Virus record (IMG/VR): IMGVR_UViG_3300045988_084830
Location: 1-56,658 of that record
Length of the DNA: 56,658 bases
Reading direction: 5' to 3' (one strand)
Source: a virus
Numbering within the stretch: the first letter of the stretch is position 1; each line of letters opens with the position of its first letter. This document shows positions 27,368-36,198 of this stretch, piece by piece. Position numbers and translations under genes: made by a program. A model generated the notes under the pieces. It saw only the letters and a program-made list of their open reading frames with translations. It searched no databases and was not told where the DNA came from.

Positions 27368-27567
27368 CGTCTCTGCCCTCTCTTTCCCCTGTTGAACCGC
27401 CCAATCACTCGCTTATATTCCTCATAGCACTCCGGGCAAAGGTCGCCTGTGTCCCTTCGCCACGCCCAGTCCTTGAAGTATTCGTCAGGGTTCACCATCC
27501 TGCCGCCCAGAACCGCTCCGCAGCGGTCGCATACTCGCTTGTGGTAGATTCCTCTGTCAGTTTGCAT
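27364..27567 (-). CDS. CDRCG zinc-ribbon protein (paralog of 46750..46950)
   Basis: CDRCG...W.WR.DTGDLCPECY.EYK is shared with the plus-strand copy. ATG at 27567 follows GGGAGGA. Confidence 0.6.
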   Translation of the reverse strand: MQTDRGIYHKRVCDRCGAVLGGRMVNPDEYFKDWAWRRDTGDLCPECYEEYKRVIGRFNRGKRGQRR

Positions 27568-27866
27568 TAGTCGTCCTCCCCATCCAACCTGTTTACGCAA
27601 TTTTCCTTCTGACATTCATTGCAATTTCCGCAACACTCAAAAGAAAAATGCGTGATTTTTTGTGATTTATACTGACGGAGTAAATACTTATATTGGTTGT
27701 AGCAGTAAGGGCAAACAAGCATTCCATCAACGTTTCCCCATCCGGCTGCTTCTTCAAATTTTTCCCAGTGACTAAATCCGCCGTCCATATCGCCAGTTTT
27801 CAAAAGTTTTACGAAATGCGTCATTCCGCATCTGTCACATTTGCAAAGTTGTCCGTTTATTTTCAT
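27567..27866 (-). CDS. CDRCG zinc-ribbon protein
   Basis: CKCDRCGM...VCPYCYNQYK plus a Cys-rich tail. Confidence 0.5.
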   Translation of the reverse strand: MKINGQLCKCDRCGMTHFVKLLKTGDMDGGFSHWEKFEEAAGWGNVDGMLVCPYCYNQYKYLLRQYKSQKITHFSFECCGNCNECQKENCVNRLDGEDD

Positions 27867-27867
27867 T

Positions 27868-28701
27868 TCATTCACTCTCCCCAATATACTTAAACAGGAT
27901 TTCTTTGTCGGCTTTCCAGTCTTTGATTTTGCACGGAATGTCCGTGCCCGGCACGGTCTTTTTCAGCCCATCCATCTGCCAGATGTTCCATGAGATGATA
28001 TCTGCGATACAGTCAAGGAACATAGTCATACTGCCGATTTCCAGCTTTTTAGCATCAAACCGATACCTAAAATTTTCAACCAGCGTCAGAAACAAGTTGC
28101 ACCTTGCCAGCAAGAGATTGTCTCCCTGCCACTCATAGCCGTACGTCGATGCGTATGCCCAGCATATCCACATATCGTAGTCAGAGGACTGCTCTGCCAG
28201 AACATTCAGCTTCCTGTCCAGCAGACCGATTCTGTCCGGCACGGCAATCATCTGCCCTGTTGTGGTATCGTATCGACTCGTGAGGAACGGTGCTTCTCCA
28301 CAGGTGACTTCAAGATAAGTCTTGTTGATGTACTCCTTCCAGTCCTCGTCCTTCAGGCCGTTTTCGGCAACGTTTGTCATCTTCTCGCAAACCCAAGTCG
28401 GCGTAAACACCTCTGCTTTCTTGTTGGTTCGCTTCTTTTGGTCTACCAGCCGTTTCTGCACACGAGGGACAAGCTGAACTTTGTCCAGTTGTTCCAGTGT
28501 GATTTCATCTGCAAAGCCCACGCCTAGTTCAGGCGGCGGGTCTGTCGCCCAGATGATGTTCTTGCCTGTAGTGTGGTCTTGCAAGAGGACAGGCAGGAAC
28601 GTGCGTAGGCATGGGTCGGAGAAGTCAATCAACGGGGTCATGGGCATATCTATTTGGGTTGTTTCATTCTTTGATTTCTTTCCCATTCCATTTCTCTCCA
28701 A
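27868..28701 (-). CDS. Methyltransferase-like protein (motif X/I-like, no clear NPPY)
   Basis: EVFTPTWVCEKM and LEVTCGEAPFL resemble gamma-class N6-MTase motifs X and I. No (D/N)PP(Y/F) motif is visible. Confidence 0.4.
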   Translation of the reverse strand: MERNGMGKKSKNETTQIDMPMTPLIDFSDPCLRTFLPVLLQDHTTGKNIIWATDPPPELGVGFADEITLEQLDKVQLVPRVQKRLVDQKKRTNKKAEVFTPTWVCEKMTNVAENGLKDEDWKEYINKTYLEVTCGEAPFLTSRYDTTTGQMIAVPDRIGLLDRKLNVLAEQSSDYDMWICWAYASTYGYEWQGDNLLLARCNLFLTLVENFRYRFDAKKLEIGSMTMFLDCIADIISWNIWQMDGLKKTVPGTDIPCKIKDWKADKEILFKYIGESE

Positions 28702-29198
28702 AAGACGTTTATGCGCTTTTTTTGCTCGATTTGTGATAGTCGGAAGCCCTCTGACTGCCTACATTTTGTGATGCCAACAATGCGGCTTGCATAGTGTTTC
28801 GGACAGCAACGCTTGCCGGGAATTGGTGGTTCATCGCAATAGGCGCATAGGCCAAGTGTTTTTCTATAAGATTTCCCTTCTCTTTCCGTTTTTTGCTTTT
28901 CTTTCGTCCTGCATTCAATGCAGGACTTAAATCCTTCTGAAACAGGACGTTTCATGCAAACGGGGCATATTCCTTGTTCTTTCAGCCTTTGACGTTTTTC
29001 GCGTTGACGCAATTTATGTTTTTGCAGATACGCAGCTTTCGTTTCGTCTGAAAGGTTTTCGTATGCTTTCGTGTGCCTTTCGAGGTCTTTTGCCAAACAC
29101 TCCGCACATGATACTCTGCCGGGCATTGCATCGTTCTGACCGCAATGGATGCAAATGTGATGTTCTTTATACATCTGCCGTAACGCTTTGCTGCTCAT
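28650..29198 (-). CDS. Multi-zinc-finger protein
   Basis: Repeated C..C pairs. The ATG at 29198 overlaps the upstream stop. Confidence 0.5.
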   Translation of the reverse strand: MSSKALRQMYKEHHICIHCGQNDAMPGRVSCAECLAKDLERHTKAYENLSDETKAAYLQKHKLRQREKRQRLKEQGICPVCMKRPVSEGFKSCIECRTKEKQKTEREGKSYRKTLGLCAYCDEPPIPGKRCCPKHYASRIVGITKCRQSEGFRLSQIEQKKRINVFWREMEWERNQRMKQPK

Positions 29199-29425
29199 TT
29201 CACTATTACATGCTCCGTCACGTAATCGCCATAACAGTTGCACTTAAACCATTTGTATTTCGACGAACCTTCCGCAAAATCGAACTTCCATTTTTGGATT
29301 CTTTTGATACGTCCACAAACCGTACATCGGACTTTGATTATTCGTTTGTCTTTGTAAGGCTCAAAGGATATTTCGGTGAGTTCGCATATAAGTTCTCCGT
29401 CTTTCGTAAAAAGAAATTCGTTCAT
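29195..29425 (-). CDS. Hypothetical Zn-ribbon protein
   Basis: 76 aa with CTVCG...CNC. Confidence 0.45.
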   Translation of the reverse strand: MNEFLFTKDGELICELTEISFEPYKDKRIIKVRCTVCGRIKRIQKWKFDFAEGSSKYKWFKCNCYGDYVTEHVIVK

Positions 29426-30174
29426 TCCTCTTTTACCTCTCTGTACTCCACGTCAATCCCTTTCGGCAAAGCAGTCTGGTACTTCTGAGCCAACTGTTCT
29501 GCGCTCTGGGCATCGCCCAACGGCTGTTCAGGCGGTGAAACGGTGACTTCCACGTTGTCACGCATACCAAAGTAGTTCTTGGCTCGGAAAATCCACTCTG
29601 CCGGGTTTTCCTGACCATACATACCGTTGTATGCCCACATGGATTGCATTTGCAGAATCAGCTTGAGGATGTACTTCTGCTGCAAGCTATCATCACGGCG
29701 TTTGCCCGCCATAATCTGCTTCAGGCTCACCCATTCGATGCCCAGCACCAGTGCAATCCATTCCACCACAGGAGAGATTCTAGCTTCAATGCAAGCGTCA
29801 AAGAAGAAGTCAAGACGTTGCTGTACTTCAATCGGGTTGTTCATATCCACGCTCGGAAGGTCGCCAAAATATTTGGCTGCAATCATGCCGATGACCTTCT
29901 TGTCCTCTTCATCGCCGATTCTCGACTGCAAATCGCCTGTATTTAGCATCTTAGACCTCGTGATTGCTAACTCCTGTTGTTCTTTCACCTTTTTACTCAC
30001 CTGTGAGCGGATAGATTTCCGCTTGTTAAGCATCTGTTGTTTTTTCTTCTCGCGCTCTTTCTCGCGCTTCGCAGCGGCTTCTTCTTTCGCCTTTTGTGCA
30101 CGCTTCTCACGCTTTTTCTTTTCAGCTTCGGTCAGCGGAGGTCTGCCACGACCACGCTTCGGGGGCGTTGCCAT
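29422..30174 (-). CDS. terS: Terminase small subunit-like (gp3/P27-type)
   Basis: Lys/Glu-rich N-terminus, then ...VEWIALVLGI..SLKQI...NPAEWIFRAKNYFGMRDN, which resembles the GLA..LG / IF.LKN.FGW.D signature. Confidence 0.55.
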   Translation of the reverse strand: MATPPKRGRGRPPLTEAEKKKREKRAQKAKEEAAAKREKEREKKKQQMLNKRKSIRSQVSKKVKEQQELAITRSKMLNTGDLQSRIGDEEDKKVIGMIAAKYFGDLPSVDMNNPIEVQQRLDFFFDACIEARISPVVEWIALVLGIEWVSLKQIMAGKRRDDSLQQKYILKLILQMQSMWAYNGMYGQENPAEWIFRAKNYFGMRDNVEVTVSPPEQPLGDAQSAEQLAQKYQTALPKGIDVEYREVKEE

Positions 30175-30177
30175 GTG

Positions 30178-30522
30178 TCAGACCTCCTTTGGCGGTTCAG
30201 GAAGCGGCATCCAGCAAATAATTTCCCTTTCTTCATTTGATTTCCAGCTTCCATTCTTAAAAACACCAACGCCAAAAAGATAATACCAACGGCTCGTGTC
30301 CTTATCGAGCCAGTGATAATAAATAAGATACATCCCATCAACATTCGGGTCATTATCGTTTGCGTTTATCCAACAATCTCCATGAAAAACATCTCTTGGA
30401 AAGCACTTGCTTATATTTGAGTTTTCTTTTGTAAGCACGACACTCTTTACCCCATCAAATACTTTCTTTGGTAAATAGATTTCAACTGTTTCTGCATCAA
30501 TCATGCAAAATTTGCAATTCAT
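30178..30522 (-). CDS. DUF551-like protein
   Basis: C-terminal ICWMPLPEPP motif. Confidence 0.45.
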   Translation of the reverse strand: MNCKFCMIDAETVEIYLPKKVFDGVKSVVLTKENSNISKCFPRDVFHGDCWINANDNDPNVDGMYLIYYHWLDKDTSRWYYLFGVGVFKNGSWKSNEEREIICWMPLPEPPKEV

Positions 30523-30526
30523 ATCA

Positions 30527-30697
30527 TTACTCCTTTAATTCCATACAGATTTCCATACAGGATAGCTTAGATGCAATCCACGCAATCGAGCAGCAATCAT
30601 CTATTGGTCGCCACCATGCGCACTTTTCTTTCTCGCATACGCACCGCCCAAGCGGATTGCTGGTCATCTTCATTGGGCAGTAAAGTTCGTTGTCCAT
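30527..30697 (-). CDS. Hypothetical Cys-rich small protein (56 aa)
   Basis: Manual ORF MDNELYCPMKM...CVCEKEKCAWW.... Its start lies next to the upstream stop. Confidence 0.35.
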   Translation of the reverse strand: MDNELYCPMKMTSNPLGRCVCEKEKCAWWRPIDDCCSIAWIASKLSCMEICMELKE

Positions 30698-30700
30698 TGG

Positions 30701-30940
30701 TTATTCCCTTTCGATATGCACTTTGGCTATCTGCACATTTTCCGTCCCAACAAAACTTTTGAATGAGCCAGTTTTTAAGTTGACAGCATTGTAAGTTAAT
30801 GTATTGCAACTCCCACTTCCTACTACTGTAGTCGAAACATTTTCCGTTTTCATGTAAAGCTCTGAATGTTTGTAAAATGCTTCCGCAACATCAATATCAC
30901 CAAACAGCATCGGAATATCGTTTCTTGATTTGATTTCCAT
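30701..30940 (-). CDS. Hypothetical protein
   Basis: ATG at 30940 (MEIKSRND...), 79 aa. Confidence 0.45.
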   Translation of the reverse strand: MEIKSRNDIPMLFGDIDVAEAFYKHSELYMKTENVSTTVVGSGSCNTLTYNAVNLKTGSFKSFVGTENVQIAKVHIERE

Positions 30941-30942
30941 AT

Positions 30943-31137
30943 TTACCTCCACCCCATCACAACAGCCGTACAAACGGCCAGACACACGTTGACGAACAGC
31001 CAGGCGAGCATTGCTTGTCGTTCTTCAAACAGGTTGTCCGCCGCGTCTTTGATTGTCCGTTCGGACTGAACCACCACCGCCAGCAGAACTAGGCAGACCA
31101 GCCAGCGAGTTGCAAATTCAAACATTGTTAACTCCAC
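30943..31137 (-). CDS. Hypothetical membrane protein
   Basis: Two hydrophobic segments. Confidence 0.45.
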   Translation of the reverse strand: MELTMFEFATRWLVCLVLLAVVVQSERTIKDAADNLFEERQAMLAWLFVNVCLAVCTAVVMGWR

Positions 31138-31451
31138 CTTTCTCTCAACTCTTTTTCGACCTGTTCTGACTTTGCCGTGATGTAATCCGCAAACTCGTCA
31201 GGGGTCATGTCCTCTTCTTTGAACTTGCCGACCATCTCCCAGTACCTGTCACCGATGCGGATGATTTTCTGCACCTGTTCATCGGTCAAGTCTGCATCGC
31301 ACCGAAGGTTCTGAATCAATGCGCCCCATGTGGCGGCGATACCATCCAGAGCCATGCGAAAGCCGTACAACTGGTTCTGCCGTGCGATTTTTCGGAGGTT
31401 TGTTGGTTTGACCTGTTTGCCACACAGGGGGCAGTTTCCGAATTTATTCAT
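31128..31451 (-). CDS. Hypothetical protein
   Basis: 107-aa ORF with an N-terminal CPLCG. Confidence 0.5.
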   Translation of the reverse strand: MNKFGNCPLCGKQVKPTNLRKIARQNQLYGFRMALDGIAATWGALIQNLRCDADLTDEQVQKIIRIGDRYWEMVGKFKEEDMTPDEFADYITAKSEQVEKELRERWS

Positions 31452-31689
31452 CTGACTGCTCCTTGTTTTTAATGGTCACTTTCAAGATTACAGTCTTTCC
31501 GTCTTTTGTATCCCAAGCGTAACCATAAAAGCCTTGTTTTTCTTCTTCTGCCTTCGAAACAAGCCAGTCTCGAACCGCTTCTACCGCTTCATCCGTAACA
31601 CGAGTTTTATCTTTCCACTCTTTTCCGTTTGCTTTTACGGTTCCTGCGTAAATGCCAAACATCCCGCATCCAACATGATATTCAGCCAT
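31444..31689 (-). CDS. Hypothetical protein
   Basis: ATG at 31689 (MAEYHVGCGMFG...). Confidence 0.45.
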   Translation of the reverse strand: MAEYHVGCGMFGIYAGTVKANGKEWKDKTRVTDEAVEAVRDWLVSKAEEEKQGFYGYAWDTKDGKTVILKVTIKNKEQSDE

Positions 31690-32002
31690 TTTTATTCTCC
31701 TTTGCTTCAAGGCGAGAGAGCCAGCGATCAAGCTTTATCTCGGCGGTCTTGCAGATTTCCTCCGAAACCCTTGCCTTGATACATGGTTTTGAATCAGACA
31801 AATAGACCGTAAACGCAACTTTAATGTCTGCTAGTTCTTCTAGCAGATTTTCTTCGCACTCTTCAACGCTCTTCGGTGTCGGGTTCGTTCCATCAAGCGC
31901 ACGGCGTAGCTTCAACGCAGCCTGTGCCAGTTCGGATGCTTCTTCTGCCAGCTGTGCTAAGATTTCCGTCTTTGGCAGGATGTCTGAGACTTTCTTGCTC
32001 AC
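31682..32002 (-). CDS. MazG-like nucleotide pyrophosphohydrolase
   Basis: LAEEASELAQAALKLRR and EELADIKV match the EExxE/ExxD helices. GTG start at 32002 follows AAAGGAGA. Confidence 0.6.
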   Translation of the reverse strand: MSKKVSDILPKTEILAQLAEEASELAQAALKLRRALDGTNPTPKSVEECEENLLEELADIKVAFTVYLSDSKPCIKARVSEEICKTAEIKLDRWLSRLEAKENKNG

Positions 32003-32015
32003 TTCTGTTCTCCTT

Positions 32016-32399
32016 TCAGTCGATGTATCTCCATGCAACGATTTTGACATCACTTGAAACCCATTCACCACTACTTTGAAACCAGCGTTTATCGTTATAT
32101 CTACGGTACGCAATGTCGAGGTTTCCATTTTCAAGCTTTATTTCGACAGCCACGCCACATTGCGGTTGAGTAGTCATGTTGTTCCATTCGTTCTTGTTCC
32201 CGTTGTCTAGTTTTTCTTTGTTTGGCTCTAACCAGTCATTCAATTCTTTCATGCAGGACGGGCAAAGTTGAATCGGTTCTTCGCCAGCGATTATGTTTGC
32301 TCCGTTTTTTTCTGTCTTGATTTTTGCGATGCCATTGAAGCCATCTACTTTGTACCCGTCAAAGACTTCTCCGCATCGGTCACACTTAAAACAAATCAT
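32016..32399 (-). CDS. Zn-ribbon / DUF551-like protein
   Basis: N-terminal CDRCGE...CPSCMKEL. Confidence 0.45.
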   Translation of the reverse strand: MICFKCDRCGEVFDGYKVDGFNGIAKIKTEKNGANIIAGEEPIQLCPSCMKELNDWLEPNKEKLDNGNKNEWNNMTTQPQCGVAVEIKLENGNLDIAYRRYNDKRWFQSSGEWVSSDVKIVAWRYID

Positions 32400-32914
32400 G
32401 TTCTCTCCAATCTCTTTAGCAGTCCATCAACGTCATATCGCCAATGGACACGCAGCCTTTTCGCTCTAACCTCTATCCCCTCTTGCTCTGCCCATTGCCA
32501 AGGAATGCTCTTTCGGCTCTCGTTGTAACGGAACTCCAGAACTTTGCTGGCAGGGATTGCAAAGGTGCGGTTGACTGCCCTGTAATTGACTATCACATGG
32601 GCGGTCTGACCGCCGTACCCCATTGCTTCCACCATATCAGTGATGTGTTTTTCCTTGCGGTATTTGCACTTTGCCTTGTCGTACTTGCCGAACACCTTTT
32701 CCAAAGGGATAGAGGGGGTTTCGATGGTTTTTAGCTCAAACAGGTGGTTCATCGGGTATCTGTACACAAGGAAGTCGCAGATGTTGTCGATGGAAAAGGA
32801 CAGGTTCTCGTTGCCGCCGTAGTAGGTGGCAGCACTGTCTTTCAGGCGGTAGCACCACGCATCGGATGGGACAGATGCCTTGAAGTCTGCTTCAAACTGT
32901 TTGCCAGTGTTCAT
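32396..32914 (-). CDS. RecU-like PD-(D/E)XK Holliday junction resolvase
   Basis: The pattern ICDFLVY...LFELKT is D-x13-ExK. 172 aa, located within the recombination module. Confidence 0.55.
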   Translation of the reverse strand: MNTGKQFEADFKASVPSDAWCYRLKDSAATYYGGNENLSFSIDNICDFLVYRYPMNHLFELKTIETPSIPLEKVFGKYDKAKCKYRKEKHITDMVEAMGYGGQTAHVIVNYRAVNRTFAIPASKVLEFRYNESRKSIPWQWAEQEGIEVRAKRLRVHWRYDVDGLLKRLERT

Positions 32915-33102
32915 GCGTTGTCCTCGATTTTTTTGGCTTCTCTGATACGCAGTCGAGCAAGTTCGCTATTTGCATATCGCAGTTGCCAACTACCAAACCA
33001 GCCTTTGTGAACAAGTTTTCCGGCGCAGCAAACAAGCTCCTGCTTCATCAAGTCATCAAGTGAAATGATGTAACCGCCCGGCTTATACTTTCTTTTGCTC
33101 AT
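32911..33102 (-). CDS. Hypothetical protein
   Basis: 63-aa ORF, translationally coupled to its neighbour. Confidence 0.4.
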   Translation of the reverse strand: MSKRKYKPGGYIISLDDLMKQELVCCAGKLVHKGWFGSWQLRYANSELARLRIREAKKIEDNA

Positions 33103-33120
33103 CCCCGTTCACCTCTAAGC

Positions 33121-33396
33121 TCACGGAATATGAGTTTCTTTGTCAGCGGGCTTTTCCATTTCCTTCATAATCCGCTTATGTTCTTCCACTGTCATGTTGT
33201 TCGGGTAGAATCGCTTGTCCACCAGTTCAAACGGTTTCATATAGTGGTCAAGAACATCTCGTGCTTCTTTTCGTGCTTTTTCTGCACACATTTCGATGTA
33301 TTCTTCTTCTGTCATGTTGTAATCGGTAATGCAATCGACCACCGAAGAAAACCGGCACAGCAGACCATTAGGTTGTCTTGCAATGAAAGCTCCCAT
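33121..33396 (-). CDS. Hypothetical protein
   Basis: 91-aa ORF. Confidence 0.45.
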   Translation of the reverse strand: MGAFIARQPNGLLCRFSSVVDCITDYNMTEEEYIEMCAEKARKEARDVLDHYMKPFELVDKRFYPNNMTVEEHKRIMKEMEKPADKETHIP

Positions 33397-33612
33397 TTAT
33401 CGTTCACCTCTAAATTCACTTCCGAGAAATCGCTTTTTGCCTTTTTCTCGGTGCTTATCCTCATAATCACGGTGGTACACGCTCTGGCTATGGTTCAGCT
33501 CATACACGAACGCCTTGCGCTCCTCGAAGTCTTTCTTCTCTGCCTTGTACTTCTCGCAAGTGTCGTGACAGGCTTGGTGGCGTGATGTGCAGTTGAGACA
33601 ACAGGTAATCAT
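33397..33612 (-). CDS. Hypothetical Cys-rich protein
   Basis: ATG at 33612 (MITCCLNCTSRHQACHDTCEKY...). Confidence 0.4.
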   Translation of the reverse strand: MITCCLNCTSRHQACHDTCEKYKAEKKDFEERKAFVYELNHSQSVYHRDYEDKHREKGKKRFLGSEFRGER

Positions 33613-33616
33613 TCTA

Positions 33617-34269
33617 TCAACCCCACTGTTCGGACATGGCTTTTGCCACACCAGTAAAAGTTTTTGCCCGGTTCTTTGCACGGTCAGTGGTAAACATTCC
33701 CTTGTGCTGCTCACCGTGCTTGTGCGAGTAGGAGCCAGACGGGCACCATGTTGCGGTAGGTTCTACGATTTTTGTCGGGTGCAGCGGCGGTACACCGCGC
33801 TCCCACAGTAGCGTTTTCTTGCTGTATGGATGCCCGTACTCGTAGGGCTGGATTGCCTGCGTAGGCTTTGGGTAATCAAAAATCTTGCTGGGGGTAGGAT
33901 TCTCAATCACCACTTTTTCGCAATCTGCCGCCCACACGGCAAGAAAAAGCGCCTTGCCGCACAATCCATCATAATACCGGGAAAGATTGAGCTTTCCTCC
34001 CTTGTACAGGTGTCTTGCTCCCGCGTTGCTCGTCTTTGTGCAGGGGACAAATGCGATAATCATATCCCAGCGGGGCACATCATGCGAGATTCCGTCCATG
34101 GTCACGACCTGCCCCCCCCCTCAATAGCCTTTAGGCAGTCACCAAGAATATGCCATTCTGGATGCCCGCCGGACGGCTCAATCAGGTCGCAGGAATAGGC
34201 TTCGTGACCTTTCGCCCGGAATGCTTTGCAGACTTCCTGCGATTCCTCACAGGCAACTAAAACTTTCAT
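33617..34269 (-). pseudogene. Phage-type DNA cytosine methyltransferase interrupted by a frameshift at a G9 tract (about 217 aa in frame with G10)
   Basis: The N-terminal 50 codons from the ATG at 34269 (MKVLVACEESQEVCKAF...) run into a stop just after the tract. The downstream frame carries AFVPCTK and VIENP motifs. Confidence 0.7.
34112..34120. repeat. C9/G9 homopolymer at the methyltransferase frameshift point
   Basis: Nine consecutive C on the plus strand, counted directly. Confidence 0.9.
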
Positions 34270-34336
34270 CTTTCCAAACGCCCGTCCAGCCAGATAGCGC
34301 AGCTCTTATATAAGGTAGGCGGTCACGGATTACAGG

Positions 34337-34906
34337 TCAGAAGGGAAGGCTTCCGTCCTCTTCAATCACCGAGAAGTCATCGTTCCCGCCCTGCGAGTAG
34401 CCGGAGCCAGACCCACCAGCCAGAGTTTTCTTCGGTCTGACCTCATAATCTCCGGAACGAATCTTGTCCACGCTGGTAAAGCGGTCAACGACCAGCTTCG
34501 TCTTGATGTTGCCATCGTTGCCCATGTACTCTTCCTCACGGAGAACCACACCGATCAGCTTGCCACGCAGGGTCTTTTCATCGTTGTTGAACTTGTAACC
34601 GGGATTGGACTGCTCTACAGCGGTGATGAAGCCCTTGAAGAAGGGCAGCGCCTTTTCCTTGTAACTCTTGATGGTCTTGCCACCCCATGCCCATTCACCC
34701 GGATTCAGCTTGCCGCGCTCGATAAGGGAAGCGGTCTGCTCACGCCAGTAGCCCTTGAACTCGCCCTCTGTGATTTCCCACTCGATGTTCAGGCGTTCCT
34801 TTGCGGGTTCGTCCGTTGCCTTGCAGATACCGGCAACATAGCCGCCAACAGGCAAGTCACGGCGTTCGGTTGCTTCCTGCACGTCATTCCAGTTGATGTT
34901 CTTCAT
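34337..34906 (-). CDS. DUF669-type ssDNA-binding-like protein
   Basis: 189 aa directly downstream of the Sak4-like ATPase, with a Gly/Ser linker and an acidic tail ...EEDGSLPF like SSB tips. Confidence 0.6.
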   Translation of the reverse strand: MKNINWNDVQEATERRDLPVGGYVAGICKATDEPAKERLNIEWEITEGEFKGYWREQTASLIERGKLNPGEWAWGGKTIKSYKEKALPFFKGFITAVEQSNPGYKFNNDEKTLRGKLIGVVLREEEYMGNDGNIKTKLVVDRFTSVDKIRSGDYEVRPKKTLAGGSGSGYSQGGNDDFSVIEEDGSLPF

Positions 34907-34909
34907 CTA

Positions 34910-35542
34910 TTATTCTCCTTTGTTATCCGGCTGAACCGGGATGTTGTAATACTCACGGATGGTCTTGTCTACGGCAGCGAGGTCGTTCTCGATCATCGCA
35001 TCGTTGAACATCCCAAGAGGGGTTTTCACGGTGTCCATCCCATCATTGCGAGTGCTGAACAGGTATCGCCCATCCTGCACGACTGTTTTCAGGACGATGG
35101 TGAAGTACCCTTCCACGCAGACCTTCTCGTCCAGCAGCTTGCCGATGGTCTTGAATTTCTCGCCACCGTCTCCGTCACGCTCGCTGTGCCCGAAAAAGTA
35201 GACCACCACATCGTCCGGCAGTTCCTTTGCCCGCATCAGCAGAGCGTTGAAGTTGGCTGCCATATCGGTGAACTTCTGGTATCCGGCGACCTTTGCGTTC
35301 CGCATGAACTCGCCAGTCATAAGGTAGGTGGCATCGTCAATGACGATGGACTTACGCTTGGTGCTGTGGATTGCAGCATCAATCTTGCCGTAGTCGTTGG
35401 TGATATAGGTTTTCATGTTGCTACGGAACGGCAGCGGCTTGCCAAGCACGTTGATGACCGCAACCTGTTCCGGGTCAAAATTCCGAAGCGAAGCGGACTT
35501 ACCGCTGCCGGAGTGGCCGTAGACCATTACTAATACTGCCAT
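34910..35542 (-). CDS. Sak4-like (AAA_24) recombination ATPase
   Basis: Walker A GHSGSGKS and Walker B IVIDD. 210 aa. Confidence 0.7.
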   Translation of the reverse strand: MAVLVMVYGHSGSGKSASLRNFDPEQVAVINVLGKPLPFRSNMKTYITNDYGKIDAAIHSTKRKSIVIDDATYLMTGEFMRNAKVAGYQKFTDMAANFNALLMRAKELPDDVVVYFFGHSERDGDGGEKFKTIGKLLDEKVCVEGYFTIVLKTVVQDGRYLFSTRNDGMDTVKTPLGMFNDAMIENDLAAVDKTIREYYNIPVQPDNKGE

Positions 35543-35928
35543 CAGTTGTTCTCCTTCCTCGCTTCTTTTCTCGCTTTACGGCAAGCCGTGCAACGCTTAG
35601 GCAATGCCATGTTATGCGATTCAAAGAAAATGCGCTCTGCACGAGAAATCTCGAACGCTTTGCCGCAATCACGGCAAGTTTTCTTGATGCTTGTGTTCCC
35701 GTCCCACGAAGCCCTTCTTGCGGCATCTACGACAGCAAACGCTTCCTTGAATCCGTCATAAGGGCTCCTAACAAACGTATGCTGCGGTGCGTAACCGTTC
35801 TTGCGGAGCGTCTCCTCCAAATTGTCCCTTTTGCAACTTGTGCAAAGAGTTTCCGTGCTGTTCGGGAACACCGAAAAAGGCTTATTGCACTTTTCGCAGT
35901 GCTTGATTTCTTTCTTGTATTTACCCAT
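35542..35928 (-). CDS. Zinc-ribbon protein
   Basis: CEKC...CTSC and CRDCGKAF...PKRCTACR pairs. Confidence 0.5.
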   Translation of the reverse strand: MGKYKKEIKHCEKCNKPFSVFPNSTETLCTSCKRDNLEETLRKNGYAPQHTFVRSPYDGFKEAFAVVDAARRASWDGNTSIKKTCRDCGKAFEISRAERIFFESHNMALPKRCTACRKARKEARKENN

Positions 35929-35997
35929 TTTTCTTCCCTTTCTTCGGCTTCATTAGGCTTCATTGCTCTTACTTTGGCTTAATACGGCTGTATAAAA

Positions 35998-36198
35998 TCA
36001 ACCAGTCATCAGTTCCGACAACCGTGCACGGAGGTCTTTCAGTTCTGCTTCCCTGCCATCAATTTCAGACTGCAAGTCCTCAATCTCAGCCAGCCGGTCA
36101 GCTTCTTTGGCTTCTGCCATTTGCTCGTTGGTCATAAAATACACACCGTCCTCCGGCTCGGACACGCCGCCGAATCTATCTAAGCTCACGCTAATCAT
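35998..36198 (-). CDS. Hypothetical coiled-coil protein
   Basis: The ATG at 36198 overlaps the upstream stop. Confidence 0.4.
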   Translation of the reverse strand: MISVSLDRFGGVSEPEDGVYFMTNEQMAEAKEADRLAEIEDLQSEIDGREAELKDLRARLSELMTG

